DNA of 64,000 bases from an uncultured Acidobacteriota bacterium. GTDB lineage: Bacteria; Acidobacteriota; Terriglobia; Acidiferrales; UBA7541. Below, piece after piece: positions 10,171 through 20,186 of this stretch. Position numbers and translations under genes: made by a program. Within the stretch, counting starts at the first letter, position 1, and each line of letters starts with the position of its first letter. Below the pieces are notes generated by a model. It did no database searches. It worked only from the letters and a program-made list of their open reading frames with translations, and was not told where the DNA came from. Location of the stretch: contig CAVPBO010000002.1 in the NCBI GenBank assembly GCA_963701865.1, forward strand, positions 35,239 to 99,238, written 5' to 3'.

Positions 10171-12900
10171 TTACTCGTACCGCAGCGCCACCATCGGCTC
10201 CACACGCATCACCCGCTGTATAGGCAGCCATGCTGCAAGAGACGCCACTCCTGCAACTAGCAGCGCGGCAGCAAAGAAAACAAGAGGATCACTGGCTTTC
10301 ACTCCGTAAAGCCGCGATTGGATCAGCATGCCAAAGGCGAACGCGGCAACGAGACCGATGCCCAGCCCGGTCGCTGAGATCCACAGCACGTCGCGCAGAA
10401 TCAGCGATGCGATATCTCGCCGGCTGGCGCCGAGCGCGATGCGAATTCCGATTTCCGGCGTTCGCTGCGCGACCATATAGACGAGCACACCATAAAGGCC
10501 AGTCGCCGCCAGCAGGGCCGCCAGCGACCCGAAACAAAGCGAGAAGAACGTCAGAAGCCGGTCCGGGTAGATGGACAGGTCGGCCTGTTCCTGAAGCGTC
10601 CTCTCGCCAAAAACCGGCAAATTCGAATCGAATGCCCGCACCATTCTCCGCAGAGTTTCCGCCAAGGCCAAGGGGGCTCGATTCGTGCGCACGTAGAACG
10701 TTGCAGGCTCTACACTGACACTTTGGGCATACGGCTCGTAAACGAATGGATGGGTTCTATCGCGAAGGTCATCATGTTTGCTGTTTTGCACCACTCCCAC
10801 GATCTCGATGTCGGGCTGAACGCTGCTGTGGTGTCCCCATAGGATGTGCGTCCCAATCGGGTTGCGTCCGGCAAAATATCTGTGGGCCATTTCTTGGTTG
10901 ATGACTACGACCTTCGGACTCGTCGCTGTGTCGCCGTCGCGAAACTCGCGCCCGGCCAGCAGAGGAATTCCCATGGCTGAAAAATAGCCAGGTCCCACGG
11001 CGTTTCTAAATGCGTACGCGTCTTCGTCGGGCGCGTAGCCCGGTACGGTGACGTTACTGCTCCAATCAGCATCCTGAAATAGCGGTACCGTGGCGACGCC
11101 GACGCCGCGAACGCCGGGTAGAGCCACGATGGCTTGCCTCAATTGGTCGAATAGAGCGACGGTTTCTCGCGGAGTGTAGCGATTCAGGAATGGCGCAATC
11201 GAAAATTGCACTACGTGATCGACCCGCACGCCCAAATCCTGCCGCTCGAGATTGGCTAGGCTTCGCGCAAAGTAACCTGCTGACACAAGCAGAATCGCCG
11301 AGAGCGCAACTTGCGAGACCATCAGCACTTTTCTCAATTGCACGCCGAATTTTCCGCTGGAAACGCTGGCGCCTCGGGACTTCAGCGTTGCTTGCAGGTT
11401 TGTCCGTGTTGCCCTCAGCGCCGGTCCCAGGCCAAAGAGAGTCACGGTCAAGAATGACGTGGCGACGGTGAATGCAAAAACTCGTCCGTCGAGCCGCATT
11501 TCGAGGCCCATCACACCGAAACCCTCTCGCAGCGATCCTGCTAGGGCCTCCAGCGCCCACACGGCGAACAGCGCCCCGGCAGCGCCTCCGGCGAGCGCCA
11601 GCAACAAACTTTCCGTGAGCAGTTGCCGAACTAGGCGCAAGTGCGCTGCCCCAAGTGCAAGCCGCACCGCCATTTCGCGCTGCCGCGCCTCGCCCCGCGC
11701 TACCAGCAAGCCTGCTAGGTTCGCGCACACGATCAGCAGGATCAGCCCGACCATGGCCTGCAGCGCCAGAAGAGGCGTTGCCGCAGTGGACTGGATGATC
11801 GGACGTCCATGCGCGCCGGTCGTGAGCTCAATCCGCCTCGCCAGGTATTCTTGCTCTTCCCTGCCCCCCGGTTGCATTTTCAGAAAAGGGAGTTCCGATT
11901 CCTCAATCGCATGAAAGGTCGGAGCATTCGCCGCTTCGGCGGTTCGCGGAGTGAATCCGGCCTTGAGTCGCCCGATGATATCCAGCCAAGCGTCATCTGG
12001 TGCCGCGAGGCCGTCCCAACCAGGTGTCAACAGTGCCTTCATCGTCACTGGAATGAAGACGTCGGTCGAGCGTCCGATCTGAACTCCGCTGAAGCCCGCC
12101 TGCGCCACTCCGACCACGGTGAGCGAGGCCCCATTCAATGTGAGTGGCTTGTTCACGATTCCCGTGTCACTTCCGAAGTGCCGCGTCCAATAACCATAGC
12201 TCAGCACGGCAACGGGATTTGCTCCCGGCGCAGTTTCGTCGTCGGGCGAAAGCACGCGCCCCAGAGCTGGCTTTACGCCCAGCACTTCGAAGTAATTTCC
12301 TGAAATGAGTTCACCCACAGCTCGATCTGTCTCGCCATTCGCGGCGGCGTTTAGCGACAACCCATATCGGGCCAACAGCCCCGAAAATGCCGGCGCGCGA
12401 TCGCGCAGGTCCTTGTACATGGGGTAGGAGAACGATGCCGCGTCGTCACCACCCGAAGACACGTGTCCTGTTTTGTAGCCAGGGGCGCGCAGGATTGCGA
12501 GCTGGTCCGGATTTCGCACCGGAAGAGCGCGCAGTAGCACTTGGTCCGTCAGAGAGAAAATTGCTGTATTGGCGCCGATGCCGAGGGCGAGGATGAGGAC
12601 AGCGACGGTCGTGAACCCGGGATTCTTGCGCAGCATGCGCAGGCCGAAGCGAACATCTTGCAATAGGCTTTCGAGCCAGGCCAGCCCACGCCGCTCGCGA
12701 TAGCTCTCTTTCGTCTGCTCGATTCCACCCAGCTTCAGGACCGCCTGCCGCCGCGCCTCTTCCGGCGCCATGCCGGAGCGGAGATTGTCCTCGATGTGCA
12801 TCTGGACGTGGCTTTCAAGCTCCTCAGCCAACTCGCGGTCGCGCCGTTCCTTGCCAAATAGCCCGCCAAGTCTCGCGAACCACACCCGCACCGCGCTCAT
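10171..12900 (-). CDS. ADOP-family (MacB-like periplasmic core + duplicated FtsX) ABC permease
   Basis: ORF 10171..12957. The likely start MSAVRVWFARLGGLFGKERRDRELAEELESH is at 12898-12900 and overlaps the PadR stop (ATGA). The N-terminal motif and two FtsX-type 4-TM modules are typical of acidobacterial ADOP permeases. Confidence 0.9.
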   Translation of the reverse strand: MSAVRVWFARLGGLFGKERRDRELAEELESHVQMHIEDNLRSGMAPEEARRQAVLKLGGIEQTKESYRERRGLAWLESLLQDVRFGLRMLRKNPGFTTVAVLILALGIGANTAIFSLTDQVLLRALPVRNPDQLAILRAPGYKTGHVSSGGDDAASFSYPMYKDLRDRAPAFSGLLARYGLSLNAAANGETDRAVGELISGNYFEVLGVKPALGRVLSPDDETAPGANPVAVLSYGYWTRHFGSDTGIVNKPLTLNGASLTVVGVAQAGFSGVQIGRSTDVFIPVTMKALLTPGWDGLAAPDDAWLDIIGRLKAGFTPRTAEAANAPTFHAIEESELPFLKMQPGGREEQEYLARRIELTTGAHGRPIIQSTAATPLLALQAMVGLILLIVCANLAGLLVARGEARQREMAVRLALGAAHLRLVRQLLTESLLLALAGGAAGALFAVWALEALAGSLREGFGVMGLEMRLDGRVFAFTVATSFLTVTLFGLGPALRATRTNLQATLKSRGASVSSGKFGVQLRKVLMVSQVALSAILLVSAGYFARSLANLERQDLGVRVDHVVQFSIAPFLNRYTPRETVALFDQLRQAIVALPGVRGVGVATVPLFQDADWSSNVTVPGYAPDEDAYAFRNAVGPGYFSAMGIPLLAGREFRDGDTATSPKVVVINQEMAHRYFAGRNPIGTHILWGHHSSVQPDIEIVGVVQNSKHDDLRDRTHPFVYEPYAQSVSVEPATFYVRTNRAPLALAETLRRMVRAFDSNLPVFGERTLQEQADLSIYPDRLLTFFSLCFGSLAALLAATGLYGVLVYMVAQRTPEIGIRIALGASRRDIASLILRDVLWISATGLGIGLVAAFAFGMLIQSRLYGVKASDPLVFFAAALLVAGVASLAAWLPIQRVMRVEPMVALRYE

Positions 12901-13244
12901 CGCTCTGCTTCTCTCGGCGTGAGGAATCGCGCCACGATGGCCGCGGCCTGTTCCCATTCGCGCGCTTCTTTTTCAAGCTGCTTTTTCCCAGCGCGCGTGA
13001 GTTTGTAGAATTTCGCCTTGCGGTTGTTGTTCGAGACGCCCCATTCCGATGCGATAAAGCCTTCCTGTTCGAGCTTCAGCAGTGCGGGGTAGAGCGTTCC
13101 GTAGTTCACCGACAGCAAATCGCCGCTCGTCTGCTCGATGCGCCGCGCGATCCCGTAGCCGTGCATCGCGCCCATCGCTTCCAGCGTCTTCAGCACCATC
13201 AGAGCCAGCGTTCCCTGCCACACATCCGTTTTGTCGTTCACCAT
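12897..13244 (-). CDS. PadR-family transcriptional regulator
   Basis: MVNDKTDVWQGTLALMVLKTLEAMGAMHGYGIARRIEQTSGDLLSVNYGTLYPALLKLEQEGFIASEWGVS..RKAKFYKLTRAGKKQL is the canonical PadR winged helix. The start at 13242-13244 is preferred over the ORF start at 13286. Confidence 0.9.
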   Translation of the reverse strand: MVNDKTDVWQGTLALMVLKTLEAMGAMHGYGIARRIEQTSGDLLSVNYGTLYPALLKLEQEGFIASEWGVSNNNRKAKFYKLTRAGKKQLEKEAREWEQAAAIVARFLTPREAER

Positions 13245-13256
13245 TTCGGCCGCGCT

Positions 13257-13310
13257 CCTATGGGATACCCATAGGCACGATGTCATAAGTCCTATGGGAA
13301 AGCAATAGGG
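13257..13310. promoter_or_regulatory. Candidate PadR operator
   Basis: Perfect inverted repeat CCTATGGG-ATA-CCCATAGG at 13257-13275, 13 bp upstream of the PadR start. There is an extra CCTATGGG half-site at 13291-13298 and a degenerate CAATAGGG at 13303-13310. Confidence 0.45.
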
Positions 13311-13469
13311 AAGTAAAGCGAAAATGTACAGGGTACTGGTTCTTGTCCCTCCGTTGAACGGACGGACAGGTTTCCATGTGCTTACACTGTGCTAGCGTGA
13401 ATTGTCAGCGCGCGGAAGGAAAAGACGCGGGTATTTGACCGGCGCTGACCGCTCTCTCGACGGGAGTCG

Positions 13470-13850
13470 CGCGCTCTTTGACAAATGACGATCCGATAAA
13501 AAGGGTTCCCAGGTCGACGGTAAGTCGAGCCTTGGAAATCGATCAGCATCCCGAGCGACCGACCGGAACCGAAGGGCCTCTCCGACCAACCCACCGCGCG
13601 ACCGCCAATCTCCGGATTTGTGGCCTAGCACCTGCCCGAGCGGCGTTTTTTCGTGGGGGCGCACCACCGAAATCAAGTGACACACCATGCCGAGTAATTT
13701 TCCCCGTATCTCATACAAAACAAACGAAAGCGCACCTGACAAAGTGTCACACTTTTTCAACGTCAGCCGCGCTCGATTAATCGCCGATCGCGATTTTCTA
13801 ACCGAAACACTGGCGATTAGAAACCCCCGGAACTCTCTGAAAACACTCAT
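13470..13850 (+). repeat. Non-coding repeat element, copy 1 (related to 44400..44860, opposite orientation)
   Basis: The 77-nt core at 13679-13755 matches the reverse complement of about 44561-44637 at about 78% identity with no gaps. The core is closed by a GTGACAC / GTGTCAC stem. A hairpin TTTCTAACCG-N9-CGATTAGAAA lies at 13795-13823. Translations of the two copies differ and contain stops. Confidence 0.6.
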
Positions 13851-13949
13851 CGGCGCACAAGCCTAATCGACACAGATCGACCACTCGCCGACTTGGAATA
13901 TACAGTTGGAAATTTGAGGACAGAAACCGGAAAAGTCGACAACTTCTCG

Positions 13950-15785
13950 CTACGAGGAAGCGTCCACGCTGGCGCGGATTTCCTGCCAGCGCTTGGGGCG
14001 TTTCTTGGCGTCGAGAACTTTCTTGCGGAGGCGAATGGATTTCGGGGTGACCTCAACGTATTCGTCGTCGGCAATAAACTCGATGGCTTTTTCGAGAGTC
14101 ATCTCGCGCGGGGGAATAATGCGGATGGCTTCGTCGGCGGAAGACGAACGCATATTCGTCTGCTTCTTTTCCTTGGTAATGTTCACGTTCATGTCGTCTT
14201 CGCGTGCGTTTTCTCCGACGACCATTCCTTCATAAACTTCGATGCCCGGCCCGACGAACATCTCGCCGCGCTCCTGGATGCCCCAGATCGCGTAGGCCAC
14301 GGAAACTCCCGCCCGATCGCACACCAGCGCGCCCGTCGGACGCATGGCCATGTCGCCCGCGTAATCCGTCCAGCCTTCAAGCAGGGAGTGGATCAGCGCT
14401 GTGCCGCGAGTGTCCGTGAGCAACTGGCTGCGCAGGCCGATCAACCCGCGCGAAGGAATGCTGAACTCCATCCGCACGCGGCCCGAATGATGGTTCACCA
14501 TTTTTTTCATTTCGCCGCGGCGGCTCCCGAGCAATTCCATCACGATGCCGATGAACGTTTCCGGGCAATCCACGATTAGCAATTCGAGCGGCTCGGTGCG
14601 GCGGCCGTTTTCGTTGCGCACCACGATTTCCGGCTTGCCAACCATCAGCTCGTAGCCTTCGCGGCGCATCGTCTCGATCAGAATCGCGAGTTGGAGTTCG
14701 CCGCGGCCCAGAACGCGAAACGCATCCGTCGCGCCGGTGTCTTCTACGCGCAGGGACACGTTAGTCAGCAGTTCTTTTTCCAGACGCGCGCGCAGATCCC
14801 GCGAGGTCACGTATTGCCCTTCGCGTCCGGCAAACGGTGACGTATTGATCGTGAACACCATCGTGAGCGTCGGCTCGTCAATCAACAGCGGCTCGAGCGG
14901 CATGGGGTTTGCAAGATCGGTGATGCTCTCGCCGATCTGAATTCCTTCGACGCCTGCGATGGCTACGATATCTCCGGCTTCGACCTGCTCGGCTTCGTCG
15001 CGATCGAGGCCGCGAAACGTGAACAGCTTCGTAATTTTGGTCGGCTGAATCGTCCCATCCAATTTCGAAATCGCTACTTCCGTCCCGCGCTTCAGCGTGC
15101 CCTGAAACACGCGCGCGATTGCGAGGCGTCCGAGAAAATCGCTGTAATCGAGATTGGTGACCTGAATCTGCAATACTGCCTCGGGATCGCCCGCCGGGGG
15201 AGGAATCGAAGTGACGATCTGCTCGAACAGCGGTTGCAGCGTGGTCGAATCGTCGCCGACCGTGCGGTGGGCCACGCCTGTTTTCGCGTTAGTGTAGAGA
15301 ACTGGAAAATCGAGCTGGTCTTCGGTGGCGTCGAGATCAATAAATAGATCGTAGATTTCGTCAAGTACCGCGGCAGGGCGAGCGTCGGGCCGGTCGATTT
15401 TGTTCAGCACCATGATCGGCTGAAGCTTGGCGGCGAGCGCCTTCTGCAGGACGTAGCGAGTCTGGGGCAGCGGGCCTTCGCTCGCATCCACAAGGACGAG
15501 CACTCCATCCACCATGCGCAGCGCGCGTTCCACTTCGCCGCCGAAGTCGCTGTGGCCGGGCGTGTCCACGATATTGATTTTCGTGTCGCGATACGTGATC
15601 GCCGTATTTTTCGCCAGAATCGTAATGCCGCGCTCGCGTTCCAGATCGTTTGAATCCATCACGCGCGTGACGAGTTCTTCGTTCGCGCGAAAAATTCCGC
15701 TCTGGCGCAGCATCGCGTCCACGAGCGTCGTCTTCCCATGGTCAACATGGGCGATGATGGCGATATTGCGAACCGGTGTCGTCAT
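13950..15785 (-). CDS. typA: Translational GTPase TypA/BipA
   Basis: [67 protein letters not shown]. Full-length and intact. Start at 15783-15785. Confidence 0.97.
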   Translation of the reverse strand: MTTPVRNIAIIAHVDHGKTTLVDAMLRQSGIFRANEELVTRVMDSNDLERERGITILAKNTAITYRDTKINIVDTPGHSDFGGEVERALRMVDGVLVLVDASEGPLPQTRYVLQKALAAKLQPIMVLNKIDRPDARPAAVLDEIYDLFIDLDATEDQLDFPVLYTNAKTGVAHRTVGDDSTTLQPLFEQIVTSIPPPAGDPEAVLQIQVTNLDYSDFLGRLAIARVFQGTLKRGTEVAISKLDGTIQPTKITKLFTFRGLDRDEAEQVEAGDIVAIAGVEGIQIGESITDLANPMPLEPLLIDEPTLTMVFTINTSPFAGREGQYVTSRDLRARLEKELLTNVSLRVEDTGATDAFRVLGRGELQLAILIETMRREGYELMVGKPEIVVRNENGRRTEPLELLIVDCPETFIGIVMELLGSRRGEMKKMVNHHSGRVRMEFSIPSRGLIGLRSQLLTDTRGTALIHSLLEGWTDYAGDMAMRPTGALVCDRAGVSVAYAIWGIQERGEMFVGPGIEVYEGMVVGENAREDDMNVNITKEKKQTNMRSSSADEAIRIIPPREMTLEKAIEFIADDEYVEVTPKSIRLRKKVLDAKKRPKRWQEIRASVDASS

Positions 15786-15966
15786 AATGAGTTTTACGGC
15801 ATCCCTGCGGCCAAACGGAACGGGCAGCACGCGCGGTCTTGCAGCCCCGGTGAACTCCAAAGCAGGATTTGCGGGAGCAACAAACGCAGGTACATTCTAG
15901 CATGCGCCGCGGAAGCCTGCCAGATCGCGCTTAATGCAGCGCACAACGCGGCAATGCCGAGATTTT

Positions 15967-16006
15967 AAAAAAACGGCCCTCCCCGTCGCCGGGAAGGGCC
16001 GTTTTT
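15967..16006 (-). terminator. Rho-independent terminator after the intact TonB receptor
   Basis: A7 (15967-15973), then stem CGGCCCTCCCC...GGGAAGGGCCG, then T5. It looks bidirectional. It lies 29 bp past the stop at 16035. Confidence 0.75.
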
Positions 16007-16034
16007 GGCTGTCTCGTCCGGGCCGGACCTGCGC

Positions 16035-19000
16035 CTAGAAGAGGTACTTCAAACCGAACTGCATCACGCGCGGCGTCACCGAAGTCGAGGTGATCTGGCC
16101 GAAAGTGGCTGGCGTGTTGACGTCATTGCCGTACGGCGGATTGAATTGAGAGTGGTTGAAGACGTTGAACGCATCCAGGTGGAATTCCAGCGTGCCGTGC
16201 TCCCAGATCTTCGTCGTCTTGATCAGAGACATGTTGAAATTAAACTGTCCCGGTCCAGTAATCGATCCGATTGCCGTATTGCCGTAGCCAGTGCCAGCAT
16301 CGGCGAAGGTAGCTCCTTCCGGGAAAGTTGGCGCGAACGGATTAGGATCAGCCCCGCAAGGCGCATTCGGATTGCCACCGGGGTTCGGCGTGCCTCCGAT
16401 GCAGTAGGGCGAACTCGCAGGAAGCGGCACAAACGGCAGTGTCGGAGACACGGTGTAGGTTGGCGATAGAGCGATAAACGCGTTCGGGTTAACCCAGAAA
16501 TTGCCGTCAGGAGAATCGGCGCGAGATGTGTTGCTGCCGGACGTAGCAAGTGGAATCCCCGATTTGCAGTTTCCGGTGACCGGGTTGCAGTTGACTGGAT
16601 CCGCGAGCGCAGCTCTCGAACCTCCTACCCCGCCATAGATGGACCCTCCTCCGGTGTCCACGACCCAGAATGGCAGACCGTTCTGGATCTCGGTAACTCC
16701 AGAAATGCTCCATCCGCTCAAGAGTTTGCCGCTAAGGCCTTCAGTCTTGTTATAAGGAAGACTATATACGTAACTGATCACCACCCGCTGCGACCGGTTG
16801 AATGAAGCAAGCCCATATTGCTGATGCAGGTCAAGCGGGTTATTGCTGTTGGCAGCTCCGAAAACCACTTGCCCAGGCGGCTGAATGCCGCTGCCAGCCG
16901 CTGAAGTGTTGATGTTTGTCAGTTCCTTGCTCCAGGTATAAGCAACCTGTAATAGCAAGCCATGTCCGAACTGATGCTTGAGCTGGGCCTGCAGGCTGTT
17001 GTAGAGCGAATCGCCAATCGTATCGGTCTCCGCGACACCGCCCGGCGCGAACCCAAGGTAGCCTACACGCTCGTTCACGTTCGACGTGGTCGTACCTAGC
17101 GTGTTAGTCGTGATTGGATCCGGATTCCCAGGATCGTTGTACGGTAACGAGGAAGCGACCATGTTCAAATTCTGAATTCCGGATGCGGCGGTCGGATTGT
17201 CTGGAGCTCCCGAAACAAGCTTGGCGACGTTGACGTTCCTCGACCAGTCGTAGAGGTGAATGCCATGGCTTCCGACGTAGCCGACGTCCGCAACCCAACC
17301 GTGCGCAAACTCGTACTGCAGATCGAGATTGTACTGTTGTATGAGAGGCAGGCGGCCAGCCAACCGGGGCGCATCCGACGTGTATCCCAAACCGGACGAG
17401 CAGATACCGGCCGGACAAATTGCGCCGTTCGAATCAATCGGCGCCGCATACATATAGCGCGGTGTCCATCCCAGCGGGCCGACGCCGGCCGCCCATGGTG
17501 TGTGAAGGACGTTGGAATTGCTCTGGGGTGACGGTCCAGATCCCGCTCCGGAATAGGGAGGCAGATTCAGCTGGTTGTCGATCAGTAGATTGCCGTAGAT
17601 GGTGTCAAAGAACCAGCCGTAACCGGCGCGGACCACAAAGTTGTGCCCGAACGGCTGCCATGCTACTCCCAGGCGGGGAGCGAAGTCATTCAAAGGAGTC
17701 CCCGGGACCAGGGTCTTGTTACTGTTCACCAGCACACCCGATGCGCCCGATGGTGAAGTCAAGCCGTACGTCTTGTCGTAGTTCGACGGAACTACAAATC
17801 CCTGCAGGGTTCCCACGGGAACTGAGCCTACAACTCCCGGTTCTGCCGGCCCCAATGCTGCCAAGGCAGAACCTGTATTGAGTTGCGAAATTAGTGAGCC
17901 CCAATCGTTCGAGAACTGGCCGCTCTTGTCATTCGGGAAGCCCGCAAACTCCCAGCGGACGCCCACGTTCACAGTAAGCTTCGGGCTCACTTTGATGTCG
18001 TCCTGAACGTACCAGTTGAACTCATTGACGCGGTTATAGTGTGTTAGCGGGCCCTTCAGGCCGAACCCAAGGAAGATACCGCCAGTTGGGGTAACTGGCG
18101 TGCCGTCGATCGCCGGTCCCGCGCTGCTGGTCAGGAAATCGCCCGTGGACCACATGAGCAGTTCGCCTCGACCTGAAGCCGGAATGGTGTTGTTGTACAA
18201 CACTCGATCCACTTCGAAACCTGCTCGAAGAGTCTGAATCCCATGGCTCCATGAGATTTGGTCACTCGCCTGGTAGGTATTTATGAAGTTGGTGGAGATC
18301 ATGGAGAAGTTTCCGCCCTGGCTCCACGGCAGGCCGCCAGCGCCCACGATGTCCAGCATTGGAGGAACGAGCATTTCCGGGAACTGCTTTGCAAGGGAGT
18401 TCGGTGGCGCGCTGCAAGGAGCGCCGTTGTTCACGAGCGGAATGATGGAGTTCCCGTTCGGAAGCGAGCAGGAATTCAGAGCGATATTCGGGTCGGTGTT
18501 GTTCTCGACATCACGGTGATACGAAACGCGCGCCTGGTTGACGAAGTTAGGCGTCAGAACCGATTGCAACTCGAGCGATGCCACATGATTGCCGTAAAAC
18601 GCGTCAACCGGAGCGCCAGGATTACAATTGCCGGCGAGAATAAAGCAGTTGAACGGCTCGAATTCGGGATCTCGCTGGTACATGTAGCGCTCGTAGAACG
18701 TGTGCTTCGGGTTGATCACGTACTGGCTGTTGATGATGTACTGGTCTTCTCTGGCGTACGTCGGATCCGAGATGGCGGTGACGGGGCAGGCCTTGGCGCT
18801 CCCGGCAGGGATCGGGGGGTCCGCCGTCGGGTTGCCTACGCCGCAGATACTGCCCGGACCGCTGCTGGGAAAATAGAAGCCGTTGTTAAAGCCTCCTTTG
18901 ATCACTCCCGGCAGTTGCAACATTGCGACTGCCGTGTTGGTGATGTTGGTGCTGTTGCAGGTAGATTCGGTGCACGGCTTAATTTGCGTGCCCGTGCCGT

Positions 19001-20186
19001 CAAAACCCGCGAAATTAATGAATCCTGACTGGCCGGCAAATGCGTTTGCGAGATAGGCTTTGTAGGCGGGTATGTTGTTCGTACAACGCAGGTCGCTGCA
19101 TACGCCGCTAGCGGCATCCGCGTAGTCATTCCAAGGCAAGAGCTGCACGTTGGGCGAATAACCGGCCGCGAAACCGCTCGTGCCGATGCCATTCAGCTGG
19201 CGGAGGCCCTGGTACGAACCAAAGAAGAATAATTTGTCCTTCTTGATGGGGCCGCCAACCGCAAATCCGTACGTATTCTGCTTCAGGGTTTGCGGCGTGT
19301 TGGGAAGGTCCTGCCGTTCTTCGCTCCTCTTATAGAAAAAATCATTCCCGTTGAAAAAGTTGTTGCGATTGAATTCCCAGACGGCGCCGTGGAACTGGTT
19401 GGTTCCCGTTTTGGTGACCACGTCCACATTGGCGCCCGGGTTCCGGCCGGAACTCGCGTCATATTGGGATGTCTGTACCTTGAATTCCTGAATCGCATCC
19501 GGGTTGGGAATGGCGATTCCGGGGAAACTGCCTTCCTGGCCAGCCATGCCGCTGACGTAGTTGACAACCGAAGCGCCGTCCATTGAGTAGTTGTTCTGGT
19601 TGGCTTTCATGCCGTTCGCGCTTACGTCCACGGTTCCGTTTCCGATTCCCGACGCAGTGGCGGCGTTGGCCACCACACCCGGCGAGAGGCTGACGATTTG
19701 GGTGTAATTACGCGAAACGAGAGGCAACGAAGTGATTTCGTCCCCCGTCACCAGTGCGCCATTCGCCGCGTTCTGGGTTTGAACGGCCTCGGTGGTGGAT
19801 TCAACGGTGACCTGGATGGACTGTCCGCCGACCTCGAGCTTCTGGTCCAGCACAGGAGTTTCCGTGACACTGACGGTCACCGACGGCACCGTGGAGGTCT
19901 TGAATCCATTCGCGGAAAACTTTATGGAATAGCTGCCGGGATTCAGCAGCGAGAATTTGTACGTGCCGGAGCTATCAGTCGTTGAAGTGCGCGACTGGCC
20001 CGTGCCGTTGTTCGTAGCGGTAACGGCAGCGCCGACGACGACGCCGCCGGACGGGTCGGTGACGGTACCGGTCAATGCGCCGGTGCTGGCGGTTTGCGCG
20101 AGTGAAGCAGGCGCGAAAGTGAACAGCACTGCGAGGCAAAGGACGAGCGCAGACACAAAGCCAGCTTTAGACAATCGTGAATTCAT
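16035..20186 (-). CDS. TonB-dependent receptor with N-terminal carboxypeptidase-regulatory-like domain
   Basis: Intact ORF of about 1383 aa from ATG 20184-20186, preceded by RBS GGGGGAG. Signal peptide MNSRLSKAGFVSALVLCLAVLFTFAPASLAQ. CarboxypepD_reg segment (GALTGTVTDPSGGVVVGAAVTATNNGTGQ). Plug motifs are present. C-terminus is ...PRVMQFGLKYLF. Confidence 0.95.
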   Translation of the reverse strand: MNSRLSKAGFVSALVLCLAVLFTFAPASLAQTASTGALTGTVTDPSGGVVVGAAVTATNNGTGQSRTSTTDSSGTYKFSLLNPGSYSIKFSANGFKTSTVPSVTVSVTETPVLDQKLEVGGQSIQVTVESTTEAVQTQNAANGALVTGDEITSLPLVSRNYTQIVSLSPGVVANAATASGIGNGTVDVSANGMKANQNNYSMDGASVVNYVSGMAGQEGSFPGIAIPNPDAIQEFKVQTSQYDASSGRNPGANVDVVTKTGTNQFHGAVWEFNRNNFFNGNDFFYKRSEERQDLPNTPQTLKQNTYGFAVGGPIKKDKLFFFGSYQGLRQLNGIGTSGFAAGYSPNVQLLPWNDYADAASGVCSDLRCTNNIPAYKAYLANAFAGQSGFINFAGFDGTGTQIKPCTESTCNSTNITNTAVAMLQLPGVIKGGFNNGFYFPSSGPGSICGVGNPTADPPIPAGSAKACPVTAISDPTYAREDQYIINSQYVINPKHTFYERYMYQRDPEFEPFNCFILAGNCNPGAPVDAFYGNHVASLELQSVLTPNFVNQARVSYHRDVENNTDPNIALNSCSLPNGNSIIPLVNNGAPCSAPPNSLAKQFPEMLVPPMLDIVGAGGLPWSQGGNFSMISTNFINTYQASDQISWSHGIQTLRAGFEVDRVLYNNTIPASGRGELLMWSTGDFLTSSAGPAIDGTPVTPTGGIFLGFGLKGPLTHYNRVNEFNWYVQDDIKVSPKLTVNVGVRWEFAGFPNDKSGQFSNDWGSLISQLNTGSALAALGPAEPGVVGSVPVGTLQGFVVPSNYDKTYGLTSPSGASGVLVNSNKTLVPGTPLNDFAPRLGVAWQPFGHNFVVRAGYGWFFDTIYGNLLIDNQLNLPPYSGAGSGPSPQSNSNVLHTPWAAGVGPLGWTPRYMYAAPIDSNGAICPAGICSSGLGYTSDAPRLAGRLPLIQQYNLDLQYEFAHGWVADVGYVGSHGIHLYDWSRNVNVAKLVSGAPDNPTAASGIQNLNMVASSLPYNDPGNPDPITTNTLGTTTSNVNERVGYLGFAPGGVAETDTIGDSLYNSLQAQLKHQFGHGLLLQVAYTWSKELTNINTSAAGSGIQPPGQVVFGAANSNNPLDLHQQYGLASFNRSQRVVISYVYSLPYNKTEGLSGKLLSGWSISGVTEIQNGLPFWVVDTGGGSIYGGVGGSRAALADPVNCNPVTGNCKSGIPLATSGSNTSRADSPDGNFWVNPNAFIALSPTYTVSPTLPFVPLPASSPYCIGGTPNPGGNPNAPCGADPNPFAPTFPEGATFADAGTGYGNTAIGSITGPGQFNFNMSLIKTTKIWEHGTLEFHLDAFNVFNHSQFNPPYGNDVNTPATFGQITSTSVTPRVMQFGLKYLF

